14,705 nucleotides of DNA from Candidatus Micrarchaeota archaeon (GTDB lineage Archaea > Micrarchaeota > Micrarchaeia > Burarchaeales > JAKAKT01). Positions 1 to 6,819 of this stretch are shown here, one piece after another (position 1 is the stretch's first letter; each line of letters starts with the position of its first letter). Position numbers and translations under genes: made by a program. The notes under the pieces are model-generated. The model saw only the letters and a program-made list of their open reading frames with translations. It did not search any database and was not told the DNA's origin. Location: NCBI GenBank assembly GCA_041305385.1, contig JBFYLO010000007.1:1-14705 (forward strand), in the 5' to 3' direction.

Positions 1-7
1 CTAGAGG

Positions 8-2182
8 ATGTACGGGTTCGATGTTTATTACCCCCAGGGGTGGGACTGCCAGGGCTTCCCGACCGAGGTGAAAGTCGAGAAGAAGTATGGAAGGCTCCCG
101 CGGGAAGAATTCAGGAAGAAATGTGTTGAGTGGACCGGGGAATTCATCCAGAAGATGAAGGACCAGATGAAATCGCTCGGGCTTTCCCCGGACTGGAGAC
201 ATGAGTACAGGACGATGGACCCGAAATATCACGGGAAAGTGCAGCATTCGCTTCTTCAAATGCATGAGAAGGGGCTTGTTTATCGGAGCGAGCACCCCGT
301 TTATTGGTGCACGAGCTGCGGCTCGGCAATAGCGAAGGCGGAATTGGACGACCTTGAGCGGGACACGAAGCTGAGCTATCTCGCGTTCGAGTGCGAGGGA
401 AAGCCGTTGCCGATTGCCACAACCCGGCCCGAGTATCTGCATGCGTGCGTGGCGGTCTTCGCCCATCCGGATGACGAAAGGTACAAAGGGCTCCATGGGA
501 AGGATGTGAAGACCCCGCTCGGGAAAACGGTGAAACTTCTCCCTGACCCGGATGCCGACCCGGCATTTGGAACAGGAGTGGTCATGCTGTGCACTTTCGG
601 GGACAAACAGGATGTGGTTTGGGCTTACAGGCACAAGCTCCCGGTGGTCAAGGCGATGGATGAGCACGGGAGACTGACCAATGCGGGCGAGTATGACGGG
701 CTGAAAAGCGGGCCTGCGCGGGAAAAGATTCTTGAAAGGCTTGAGAAGGAGGGGAAAGTTCTCAAGAAAGAGCCTCTCCACCAGGTGGTTAAAGTCCACG
801 ACAGATGCAATACTCCGGTCGAGCTCCTGCTTTCCTACCAGTGGTTCGCCAACATAAAGGACCACAAGGAGGGGATTCTCGAGGCTGGGAGGAGGATGAA
901 GTGGAAGCCAGAGTTCACGATTCAGCATTTCATAGACTGGACGAACGGGGTGGAGTGGGACTGGGTGATTTCAAGGCAACGGGTGTTCGGGACCCCGCTT
1001 CCGTTCTGGCACTGCCCGAAATGCGGGAAAGAGATTCCCGCCAGGTATGACGAGCTGCCGGTGAACCCGCCCGAGATGCCCGAGAGGAAATGCCCTTGCG
1101 GGGAGGTCATGAAACCCGAAACAAGCACCTGCGACTGCTGGGTGGACAGCTCGATTACCCCGCTCATAATCTCAAAGTGGCTCGAGGATGAGGAATTCCA
1201 TAGGAAGACCTATCCTTCATCGCTTAGGCCCCAGGGGACCGAGATTATCCGGACCTGGGCATTTTATACCACGTATAGGTGCCTGATGCTCACCGGGAAG
1301 CCCCCGTTTGTCGAGCTCCTGCTGAACGGGAACGTGCTCGCGCCCGATGGCAAGAAGATGAGCAAATCCCTGGGGAACGTGATTGTCCCTGACCAGCTGA
1401 TTCGGGACTATTCTGCTGATGCTGTGAGGCAGTGGGTGGCGCTCTCGGGGGCTCTTGCCAAGGACAGGCCATTCAGCTATAAGGACATCCAGTTCGGCCA
1501 GAACTTCATAAACAAGCTGTGGAATGCAGCGAGATTCGTCGAGACTGGAACTGAAGGGTACGTAGGGCCTAAGAGCCCGAAACTGCGGGCTTATGATAAA
1601 TGGATTCTAAGCAGGCTTCATCGGACTGTGAAAACATGCACCGAGAATTTTGAGGAGTTCGATTTCCACGCAGTTATAACTGCGATTCATGAGTTCTTCT
1701 GGCACGAGTTCTGCGATTTCTACCTGGAGGGGGTGAAGCACCGGCTTTACCAGCCTGAGAAGCATGGGGGGGAGAGCAAGCTCGCGGCGCAATATGCGCT
1801 GAACGAGGTGCTTGAGACAACGCTTAAATTGCTCGCGCCGCTCACCCCGTTCGTTACTGAAGAGCTGTATATGTCGCTCGTTGCGCCCAGGACGAATGAA
1901 AAGAGCATCCATTCATCCAAGTGGCCCAAATCCAATGAGAAATTGTTTGATGAGCATAGCGAGAAGGCCGGGGAGCTGGCGAACAGGGTGCTCTCGGCAA
2001 TCAGGCAATATAAGGCGGAGAACAAGATGGCGCTGAATACGGAGCTGAAGGGAATCGAGCTGACGGTTTCAAAAGAGGAGCGAGAATTCGTGCCCCTGAT
2101 TGAGGAAGAACTAATTGCAACCGGGAGATTGGGAAAAATAGAGCTGAAAGAAGGGGAATTCGGGGTTAAGGTGCTGACTTAA
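8..2182 (+). CDS. valS: valyl-tRNA synthetase, archaeal type, 5'-partial (the HIGH-motif N-terminal ~70-80 aa are not in the window)
   Basis: 724-aa ORF with the class I aaRS KMSKS motif (KMSKSLGN, nt ~1354-1377). Blocks typical of archaeal ValRS: GFDVYYPQGWDCQGFPTE, LPIATTRPEYLHACVAVFAHPDDERYK, FGTGVVMLCTFGDKQD, EWDWVISRQRVFGTPLPFWHCPKCG and the RKCPCGEV zinc knuckle. Stop TAA at 2180-2182. An in-frame TAG at nt 2-4 precedes the first Met. Confidence 0.85.
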   Translation: MYGFDVYYPQGWDCQGFPTEVKVEKKYGRLPREEFRKKCVEWTGEFIQKMKDQMKSLGLSPDWRHEYRTMDPKYHGKVQHSLLQMHEKGLVYRSEHPVYWCTSCGSAIAKAELDDLERDTKLSYLAFECEGKPLPIATTRPEYLHACVAVFAHPDDERYKGLHGKDVKTPLGKTVKLLPDPDADPAFGTGVVMLCTFGDKQDVVWAYRHKLPVVKAMDEHGRLTNAGEYDGLKSGPAREKILERLEKEGKVLKKEPLHQVVKVHDRCNTPVELLLSYQWFANIKDHKEGILEAGRRMKWKPEFTIQHFIDWTNGVEWDWVISRQRVFGTPLPFWHCPKCGKEIPARYDELPVNPPEMPERKCPCGEVMKPETSTCDCWVDSSITPLIISKWLEDEEFHRKTYPSSLRPQGTEIIRTWAFYTTYRCLMLTGKPPFVELLLNGNVLAPDGKKMSKSLGNVIVPDQLIRDYSADAVRQWVALSGALAKDRPFSYKDIQFGQNFINKLWNAARFVETGTEGYVGPKSPKLRAYDKWILSRLHRTVKTCTENFEEFDFHAVITAIHEFFWHEFCDFYLEGVKHRLYQPEKHGGESKLAAQYALNEVLETTLKLLAPLTPFVTEELYMSLVAPRTNEKSIHSSKWPKSNEKLFDEHSEKAGELANRVLSAIRQYKAENKMALNTELKGIELTVSKEEREFVPLIEEELIATGRLGKIELKEGEFGVKVLT

Positions 2183-3467
2183 GGCGAATTGCTTCTGGGT
2201 CCTGAAGCGCGTTTCCAAAGATTTTCGCCGCCACGGGAATTTCTTCAGACTCTGGGACCAGGGCAAACCGGAAAGTGGACTCTTGCTTTTTTTCTTCTGT
2301 TTTAGGGTTTTCATTTGACTTGGGCTTTTCTCCCACGAACTCAAAGGATTTCCCAGGAGTTACGGCCAGATTGTATTTATCGGCAAGCAGTATTGCCAGG
2401 GCTTCGGTGTCCCATTTCCCGCTTAGGGAACCGAAACCGTAGAAAGTTGCGTCGTGGGGTACTTTTATTGTCAGTCCATTTTCGCTAAACTTTTGAACAA
2501 AAACGTCTTGGCGAATTCTCAGCAATTTGAGATCCACGAGGTATTTGGCAGGGTTAGTGAGAAGCTCGACTCCTGCCAGTTGGCAGTTGGAATTGGCACA
2601 TAGATAGTCCGAGAGTATCGCGGAGATTCCGCTTTTTATCTCGTTCTGCTCAGGCGTTCCCCTGAAATTGACAAACTGAATGGCACCAACTCTTTCGCCG
2701 CAAAGACCGTACTTCTTTGAGAAGCTGTCAAGCTGCATGATAAGGACTCTTCCTTCATCAATTTCCGGTGAGGTGAGGTGGACTGCTTTTCGATTTGACA
2801 CTAGGCGGTAGTAAACTGCGTCATAAATCACCGGGATGTTTTCATTCTGCGCGATGTTGAGTAGCTCTTTCATAATCTCCGGCTTATAAACGGCAGTTGT
2901 CGGGTTGTGAGGATGGTTTATGTAGATGAACCTTGGGCAGTGCCCATTTTCTTTCGCCTGCCTGATTGCATATTTTAAGCTGCCAGGGTCGGGTTGGCCG
3001 TCCTCAGAAAGCCTGTAAGCGTATATCCTTCCGCGACGGCGCACCATCTCATTCCTGAAAGGAAAATAGCCTAGCTCCGGGAATACCCCGGCGTCGCTTC
3101 TTTTTCGTATCATTATGTTTATGATTACATTCATCCCGTGGGTCGCGCCTTCAGTTACGAATATGTCTTCAGGCTTAAGCTCTCTTCCAGTTTCTTGGGA
3201 AAAGTTATAGGCAAAGGCCTCGCGGGTTTTTTGGAACCCGAAGGAAGGCACGTAGGAGTGTGAATGCTCGAGCGCAGTCTTGCTGAGGAGTAGGCGAGTA
3301 GCTTCGTTTGCCCCGAGTTTGCTCGTCATGTTTCCCCAGCCCATCCGAAAGACTTTTTCCCCTCGGAGCTCCTTTTCATTAATAATGTCCCCTATAATCG
3401 AGAAAATGTTTCCGCCAGCTGGGGTTTTCTTGGCTTTAGTACTAAAAACAGCTCGTGATTGGACCAT
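2166..3467 (-). CDS. PLP-dependent aminotransferase, class I/II (fold type I); exact specificity not determinable
   Basis: Motifs NHPHNPTT (NPxNPTG-like) and SFSKKYGLCGERVG (SxSK PLP-lysine motif followed by GxRxG), with a C-terminal FRFAL block. The ORF track starts at GTG 3494. I prefer ATG 3465-3467 (MVQSRA..), because a TATA-like TTTATATT (rc of 3500-3507) lies ~35 nt upstream. It overlaps the valS 3' end convergently by 17 bp. Confidence 0.8.
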   Translation of the reverse strand: MVQSRAVFSTKAKKTPAGGNIFSIIGDIINEKELRGEKVFRMGWGNMTSKLGANEATRLLLSKTALEHSHSYVPSFGFQKTREAFAYNFSQETGRELKPEDIFVTEGATHGMNVIINIMIRKRSDAGVFPELGYFPFRNEMVRRRGRIYAYRLSEDGQPDPGSLKYAIRQAKENGHCPRFIYINHPHNPTTAVYKPEIMKELLNIAQNENIPVIYDAVYYRLVSNRKAVHLTSPEIDEGRVLIMQLDSFSKKYGLCGERVGAIQFVNFRGTPEQNEIKSGISAILSDYLCANSNCQLAGVELLTNPAKYLVDLKLLRIRQDVFVQKFSENGLTIKVPHDATFYGFGSLSGKWDTEALAILLADKYNLAVTPGKSFEFVGEKPKSNENPKTEEKKQESTFRFALVPESEEIPVAAKIFGNALQDPEAIRLKSAP

Positions 3468-3499
3468 GTATACCGAATTAACTATATACGGCACTTAAC

Positions 3500-3508
3500 A
3501 AATATAAA
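3500..3508 (-). promoter_or_regulatory. TATA-box-like element (TTTATATTT on minus strand) in the divergent intergenic region 3495-3576
   Basis: AT-rich octamer about 35 nt upstream of ATG 3467 of the aminotransferase, seen directly in the sequence. The region also plausibly serves the plus-strand gene at 3577 (GGAAGG-cata-ATG). Confidence 0.3.
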
Positions 3509-3576
3509 CCTTCCAGACATTCGTCATTTGTCGAAAAAATGAAAATTAGAAACGAATAATAGGCTCGGAAGGCATA

Positions 3577-4182
3577 ATGTTCTGCGTGGCGATGTCTATT
3601 AGGGGAAGAATCGAGGCGTTCAAAGCAGCGAGGCAGCAAAGGAACGCATTTTTTAACCAAAGGCTTATTGAAGGGATTAAGACCAACAGGGCGATTAGCC
3701 TTGAGACTATTTTCAAAATCCTGCCCAAGCTTGACCTAAACGAATTCCTTGAAAAATGCATTAGAGGGGATTCCAGCGGGTGGGGCGATGGCGAACTGAT
3801 GCTTGCCGCAGTGGCGGAAAAAAAGGGCCTGAAGCCAGTAAAACCTAACCCGAAAAGCAGGAGATATCAAAACGCCCTTTTGGCTAAAGACAGGCTGTCC
3901 AGTACCCTTGCCATGATGCGTGACGGGTATTCGGAAGACCCGAACCTTTGGAAGGATTACGTGATTAAGGGGGATTTTCTTGACATTTATAACGAGGTAT
4001 ACGTAACTCATCGGTTCTTTGTTGGGCTCATGAACGAGCTAAGGGTGCCGGAGGCCGAAAAATGGATTGTTGAACTCAGAAAACAAGAACCCGCAATCTG
4101 GCGCTGTGTTCACAAGCGCCTGGAAGAGGAGAGGGGGCTGAGGCCGGATTATTCGAAAGCAGGCTTCACGCCTTCAGAATGA
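3577..4182 (+). CDS. hypothetical protein (201 aa, soluble, no recognised domain)
   Basis: Clean 201-aa ORF. SD-like GGAAGG sits 4 nt before the ATG. Coding-like composition with no antisense-type R/S/P bias. Confidence 0.55.
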   Translation: MFCVAMSIRGRIEAFKAARQQRNAFFNQRLIEGIKTNRAISLETIFKILPKLDLNEFLEKCIRGDSSGWGDGELMLAAVAEKKGLKPVKPNPKSRRYQNALLAKDRLSSTLAMMRDGYSEDPNLWKDYVIKGDFLDIYNEVYVTHRFFVGLMNELRVPEAEKWIVELRKQEPAIWRCVHKRLEEERGLRPDYSKAGFTPSE

Positions 4183-4351
4183 GCTTCCATTCGCCTTTCT
4201 TGAAATAGATTGTTCTGCTCCCCTCATCGAATTTCTCGAACTCCCAGCCCAGGGACTTGAGGGAATCAGATGTTTTCTTGAACTCCCTCTTCCCGTCGCT
4301 CTCCTTTTTCCCGAAGAGGAAATCAAGCGCATCACCTAGGTAAAGGGGCAT
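4166..4351 (-). CDS. small hypothetical protein (~61 aa, charged, soluble)
   Basis: The ORF-track start 4366 is TTG; the in-frame ATG is at 4349-4351. Only 4 nt separate it from the stop of the upstream membrane-protein gene (TGAgttcATG). It overlaps the 3' end of the 3577..4182 gene by 17 bp. Confidence 0.35.
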   Translation of the reverse strand: MPLYLGDALDFLFGKKESDGKREFKKTSDSLKSLGWEFEKFDEGSRTIYFKKGEWKLILKA

Positions 4352-4355
4352 GAAC

Positions 4356-4643
4356 TCAAATCCCAAGCTTGTCCTTCTCGAGCCTTTCCAGCGCCAGTTT
4401 CCGTATCAGTTCTTCCTCCGCCTCGACTTGCTTTATGCGCTTCGATTCCCTGTAAAAAGTGACGAACAGTATGAGGCCGAGAAGAAATGCCGGGATTGCG
4501 CCAAAAAATGTGAACATTGGGCCGTAGAACTTGGTCCAAGGGTTTTGCACAACCATGAGCAAAAAGCCAAGTATCGCCGAGGGGAAAGCTAACAAAATAC
4601 CGATAAGCGAAATACCTGCACAAAGGTCACTGCTAAGCTTCAT
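4356..4643 (-). CDS. small membrane protein (~95 aa; two predicted TM helices plus a charged coiled C-terminus)
   Basis: The ORF-track start 4685 is TTG; the in-frame ATG is at 4641-4643 (MKLSSD..). TM segments are ISLIGILLAFPSAILGFLLMVV and FFGAIPAFLLGLILFVTFY. A TATA-like TTTATTAATAAT (4665-4676 on the minus strand) lies ~25 nt upstream, which suggests a leaderless transcript. Confidence 0.5.
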   Translation of the reverse strand: MKLSSDLCAGISLIGILLAFPSAILGFLLMVVQNPWTKFYGPMFTFFGAIPAFLLGLILFVTFYRESKRIKQVEAEEELIRKLALERLEKDKLGI

Positions 4644-4676
4644 CGAATCTCCGATTTGGTCGCCTTTATTAATAAT

Positions 4677-4694
4677 GCGGGGCAAAAGCCCCGC
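4677..4694. terminator. perfect hairpin GCGGGGC-AAAA-GCCCCGC (7-bp GC stem, 4-nt loop) between two minus-strand small-protein genes
   Basis: Seen directly. It lies between the stop of the 4705..4953 gene and the start of the 4356..4643 gene. On the minus strand it is followed by an AT-rich stretch. It is a candidate terminator and/or transcript-boundary element. Confidence 0.4.
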
Positions 4695-4704
4695 CTGGAT
4701 AAAC

Positions 4705-4953
4705 CTATTTCTTCTTCCTGATTATTGGTGGGGGCGATTGGACGTATGCCTCTTTCTTGAACACCAAGCTCGCTGCCAGCGGGAACAGCAAGAACGCCGT
4801 CGCAAGCATCGAATACATCATGGACTTGTATGTGTAGTCCATGAGCGAGACCAATGCAAACAGCATCAATACCCCTCCGATAACCACACACAATAAATTG
4901 GTCATTTCTGCAAATCTCTCCTCAAATCCCTCTATAGTCTCCTCGAATCCCAT
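4705..4953 (-). CDS. small membrane protein (82 aa, two TM helices, C-terminal KKK)
   Basis: ATG at 4951-4953 preceded by GGTGA (rc of 4958-4962) with a 4-nt spacer. TM segments are LLCVVIGGVLMLFALVSLM and MLATAFLLFPLAASLVF. The opposite-strand ORF 4531..4896 is Q/R/H-rich junk. Confidence 0.5.
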   Translation of the reverse strand: MGFEETIEGFEERFAEMTNLLCVVIGGVLMLFALVSLMDYTYKSMMYSMLATAFLLFPLAASLVFKKEAYVQSPPPIIRKKK

Positions 4954-5082
4954 GGGATCACCGAGATAAATTCGGAGAAGGGGTATTAAAACCTTTTCAT
5001 TCCGAACCGCGGAGGGGGGCTCAATCGGCTTGGTAAGGGATTTAAACCTTATTTTCGTAACCTCTCTCTACGGGGTGTAGTT

Positions 5083-5406
5083 ATGGAGCAAAGAGTTTAC
5101 GAATGCGAATCCAAGGACAAAGGTGCAGTCCAGAAGGTCCTGGAGCACGAGCCTTACGCCGACGTGAGCTTCGCAAGGCAGGGTTACAAGATGAAGGAGG
5201 GGAAGCTCGCCGGGGGCGAGGAGGGCAGGTATTACCTTTACATTAAATCTGAACCGGATTTCTTCAAGTGGGCTGAGGAGAAGTTCAAGGTTGCCAATGT
5301 CGCCTCATTCAAGAGAGCTGCGAAGGAGATAGAGGCGAAGGTAATCGGGACCATCGAGAGCGAGGACAACGCAGCCGAGGCCGGATTCGGGGCCATATTC
5401 GGCTAG
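5083..5406 (+). CDS. hypothetical 107-aa acidic protein with a ribosomal P-stalk (aP1/L12e)-like C-terminal tail
   Basis: SD GGGGTG (5072-5077) sits 5 nt before the ATG. The C-terminus ..ESEDNAAEAGFGAIFG resembles the conserved aP1/P2 tail (..EEALAGLGALFG). The N-terminal ~90 aa are unlike the aP1 dimerisation domain. An oligo-T tract follows immediately. Confidence 0.6.
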   Translation: MEQRVYECESKDKGAVQKVLEHEPYADVSFARQGYKMKEGKLAGGEEGRYYLYIKSEPDFFKWAEEKFKVANVASFKRAAKEIEAKVIGTIESEDNAAEAGFGAIFG

Positions 5407-5422
5407 TTTTTATTTCTTTTTT
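5407..5422 (+). terminator. oligo-T tract TTTTTATTTCTTTTTT (archaeal-type intrinsic terminator) right after the stop of the 5083..5406 gene
   Basis: 14 of 16 nt are T, directly 3' of the TAG at 5404-5406. A 7-bp hairpin (5464-5470 / 5476-5482) lies further downstream in the convergent intergenic region. Confidence 0.4.
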
Positions 5423-5533
5423 ACTAAATTTACTTGTTCGATGATGACAACGAGGTATTTCTGAGTTCTCCCGAAGAGAACTGTGACGACGATCTTGAGT
5501 GCTGACGGACATCTGTCAACCCTTTGGTTATAG

Positions 5534-6184
5534 TTATGGCTGGCTAAAAAGATGGTCGCACTGGTCCCTGACAAGGTCGTCGCTTATTTTTCCACAGGCG
5601 CTTTCATCCTTCGTCTGAACGACAACCATGTAATAACAGGCATCCCTTTTATTGAGCGCAGTAATCTTACTGCAAATCGAAACGTCTTTTCTTGCAGTTG
5701 CAACCCGGTAGTAGCAATCATCCGGAAGTTTTTCAGTACTGCAATCGGTTAAGTTATTTTTAATCGAGTTGTTTTCCGGAAGTGGGAAAGGCGCCGATTC
5801 TGGAACCTCCGTGGCTGGGGGAGAAGGCGCAACCGGGGGAATCTTCCCCGGCAAAGCAGTCTCGCATACTATTTGAGGAGGATAGGACTCCAGTATGGAG
5901 CATTTGCCGGAAGCGCACCGGTCACAGGGATTTCCCTGCCAGCAAATCGGCTTCTCCAAATCCTGAAACTTGTAACATTCCCCATTCGCGCACCGGGTCG
6001 TTGCATCGCACAATACAGAAGCCGGGCATGGGTCGAACGCGCAGTTATTCGAGGAGTTCCTGCCGATTGCTGAGCCGTCGGGACAGAGCTTGGCTTCCAT
6101 GGTGCATGCCTTCGGCCCGCTTCCTGCGCAGCCGAAAATCCCGAAAGCCAGGACCAGAACTATAAACAAGTGGGAGAGTTTCAT
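5534..6184 (-). CDS. secreted cysteine-rich protein, probable lipoprotein (216 aa)
   Basis: N-terminal signal peptide MKLSHLFIVLVLAFGIFGCAG with a lipobox-like IFGC. About 20 Cys in total, in two Cys-rich modules separated by a Pro-rich linker (KIPPVAPSPPATEVPESAPFPLP). Internal tandem repeat DDCYYRVATARKDVSICSKIT / DACYYMVVVQTKDESACGKIS. The antisense ORF 5782..6165 is R/S/P-rich and was rejected. Confidence 0.7.
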   Translation of the reverse strand: MKLSHLFIVLVLAFGIFGCAGSGPKACTMEAKLCPDGSAIGRNSSNNCAFDPCPASVLCDATTRCANGECYKFQDLEKPICWQGNPCDRCASGKCSILESYPPQIVCETALPGKIPPVAPSPPATEVPESAPFPLPENNSIKNNLTDCSTEKLPDDCYYRVATARKDVSICSKITALNKRDACYYMVVVQTKDESACGKISDDLVRDQCDHLFSQP

Positions 6185-6225
6185 GCTTTAACTGCTTCAA
6201 AGAAGAATTTAAGGCTTGCTGTGTT

Positions 6226-6819
6226 TCATGGGTTCAGCATCCAGACGAAAACGTTCAAAACTGCTGCAAAGCTAACCCAGCAGATGTAAGGGACCAAGAG
6301 GAGGGCTGCGGGTTTTGAAAGGCGATAAAAGCTCGCTATCGAGAGAGCTATGAAAACCCATAACAAAACTATCACTGGAATCGCATAAAGCGGGGATTTC
6401 AATCCAAAGAAAACGATGGACCAGAGGGTATTCAGGAAGAGCTGGGCTGCGAAAATCACGAGAGCCTGCTTCACCTCTTTTTTCGAAACTCCCCTGTTCC
6501 AGATTAGGTAAGCGGAAATCCCCATCATCGCGTAAAGTGTAATCCAGACCGGCCCGAAAATCCAGTTTGGCGGGTTGAACCAGGGCTTGTTAAGGGAAGC
6601 GTACCAAGTGGGGATGTTCTGAACAGTGAAAACTGAGCCTATTGCCCCTGCAAGCTGGCAGATGATGATTGCAAGCAAGAGTTTCCCGATTTCTTTTAGA
6701 TTCGTTTCCTCACCAGATAATGGTGGAACATTAGGGGTTTTAACCCTTTGGCTCAAGCTGCCAGGGAGACCTGCCAATGTTCCGAATGCCCGGCGATTAC
6801 TTCCTCTTGGATTTGTCAT
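6226..6819 (-). CDS. tspO: TspO/MBR family protein (tryptophan-rich sensory protein / translocator protein homologue)
   Basis: Hallmark block PTWYASLNKPWFNPPNWIFGPVWITLYAMMGISAYLIW, with 5 predicted TM helices. ATG at 6817-6819 lies 23 nt inside the 3' end of the flotillin gene. An unusual ~40-aa N-terminal extension precedes TM1. Confidence 0.85.
   Translation of the reverse strand: MTNPRGSNRRAFGTLAGLPGSLSQRVKTPNVPPLSGEETNLKEIGKLLLAIIICQLAGAIGSVFTVQNIPTWYASLNKPWFNPPNWIFGPVWITLYAMMGISAYLIWNRGVSKKEVKQALVIFAAQLFLNTLWSIVFFGLKSPLYAIPVIVLLWVFIALSIASFYRLSKPAALLLVPYICWVSFAAVLNVFVWMLNP

Noticed and set aside
13-24. GGGTTCGAT, a tRNA T-arm-like motif
   Set aside because: It lies inside the valS coding frame, with no cloverleaf-compatible flanks (no acceptor stem, D-arm or anticodon arm pairing). 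No tRNA was detected anywhere in the window.
144-2036. Multiple 60-140-aa ORFs on both strands inside valS
   Set aside because: All are nested within a continuous 724-aa aaRS frame carrying KMSKS and ValRS signature blocks. Their translations are low-complexity.
4350-4896. Plus-strand ORFs 4350..4592 (80 aa) and 4531..4896 (121 aa) opposite the small minus-strand membrane-protein genes
   Set aside because: The 121-aa frame is Q/R/H-rich junk. The 80-aa frame is less obviously spurious but lacks an SD or TATA, and it is opposed by a minus frame with two clean TM helices and an ATG preceded by a TATA-like box. It is kept as an unresolved minor alternative.
5464-5482. 7-bp hairpin AGTTCTC-ccgaa-GAGAACT in the convergent intergenic region 5407-5533
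   Set aside because: It is short and followed by no T-tract on either strand. The oligo-T tract at 5407-5422 already explains termination of the plus-strand gene. It is kept only as a note.
5782-6165. 127-aa plus-strand ORF (and a nested 66-aa ORF) opposite the Cys-rich lipoprotein gene
   Set aside because: The translation is R/S/P-rich and low-complexity. The minus frame has a signal peptide, a lipobox, a Pro-rich linker and a repeated Cys pattern.
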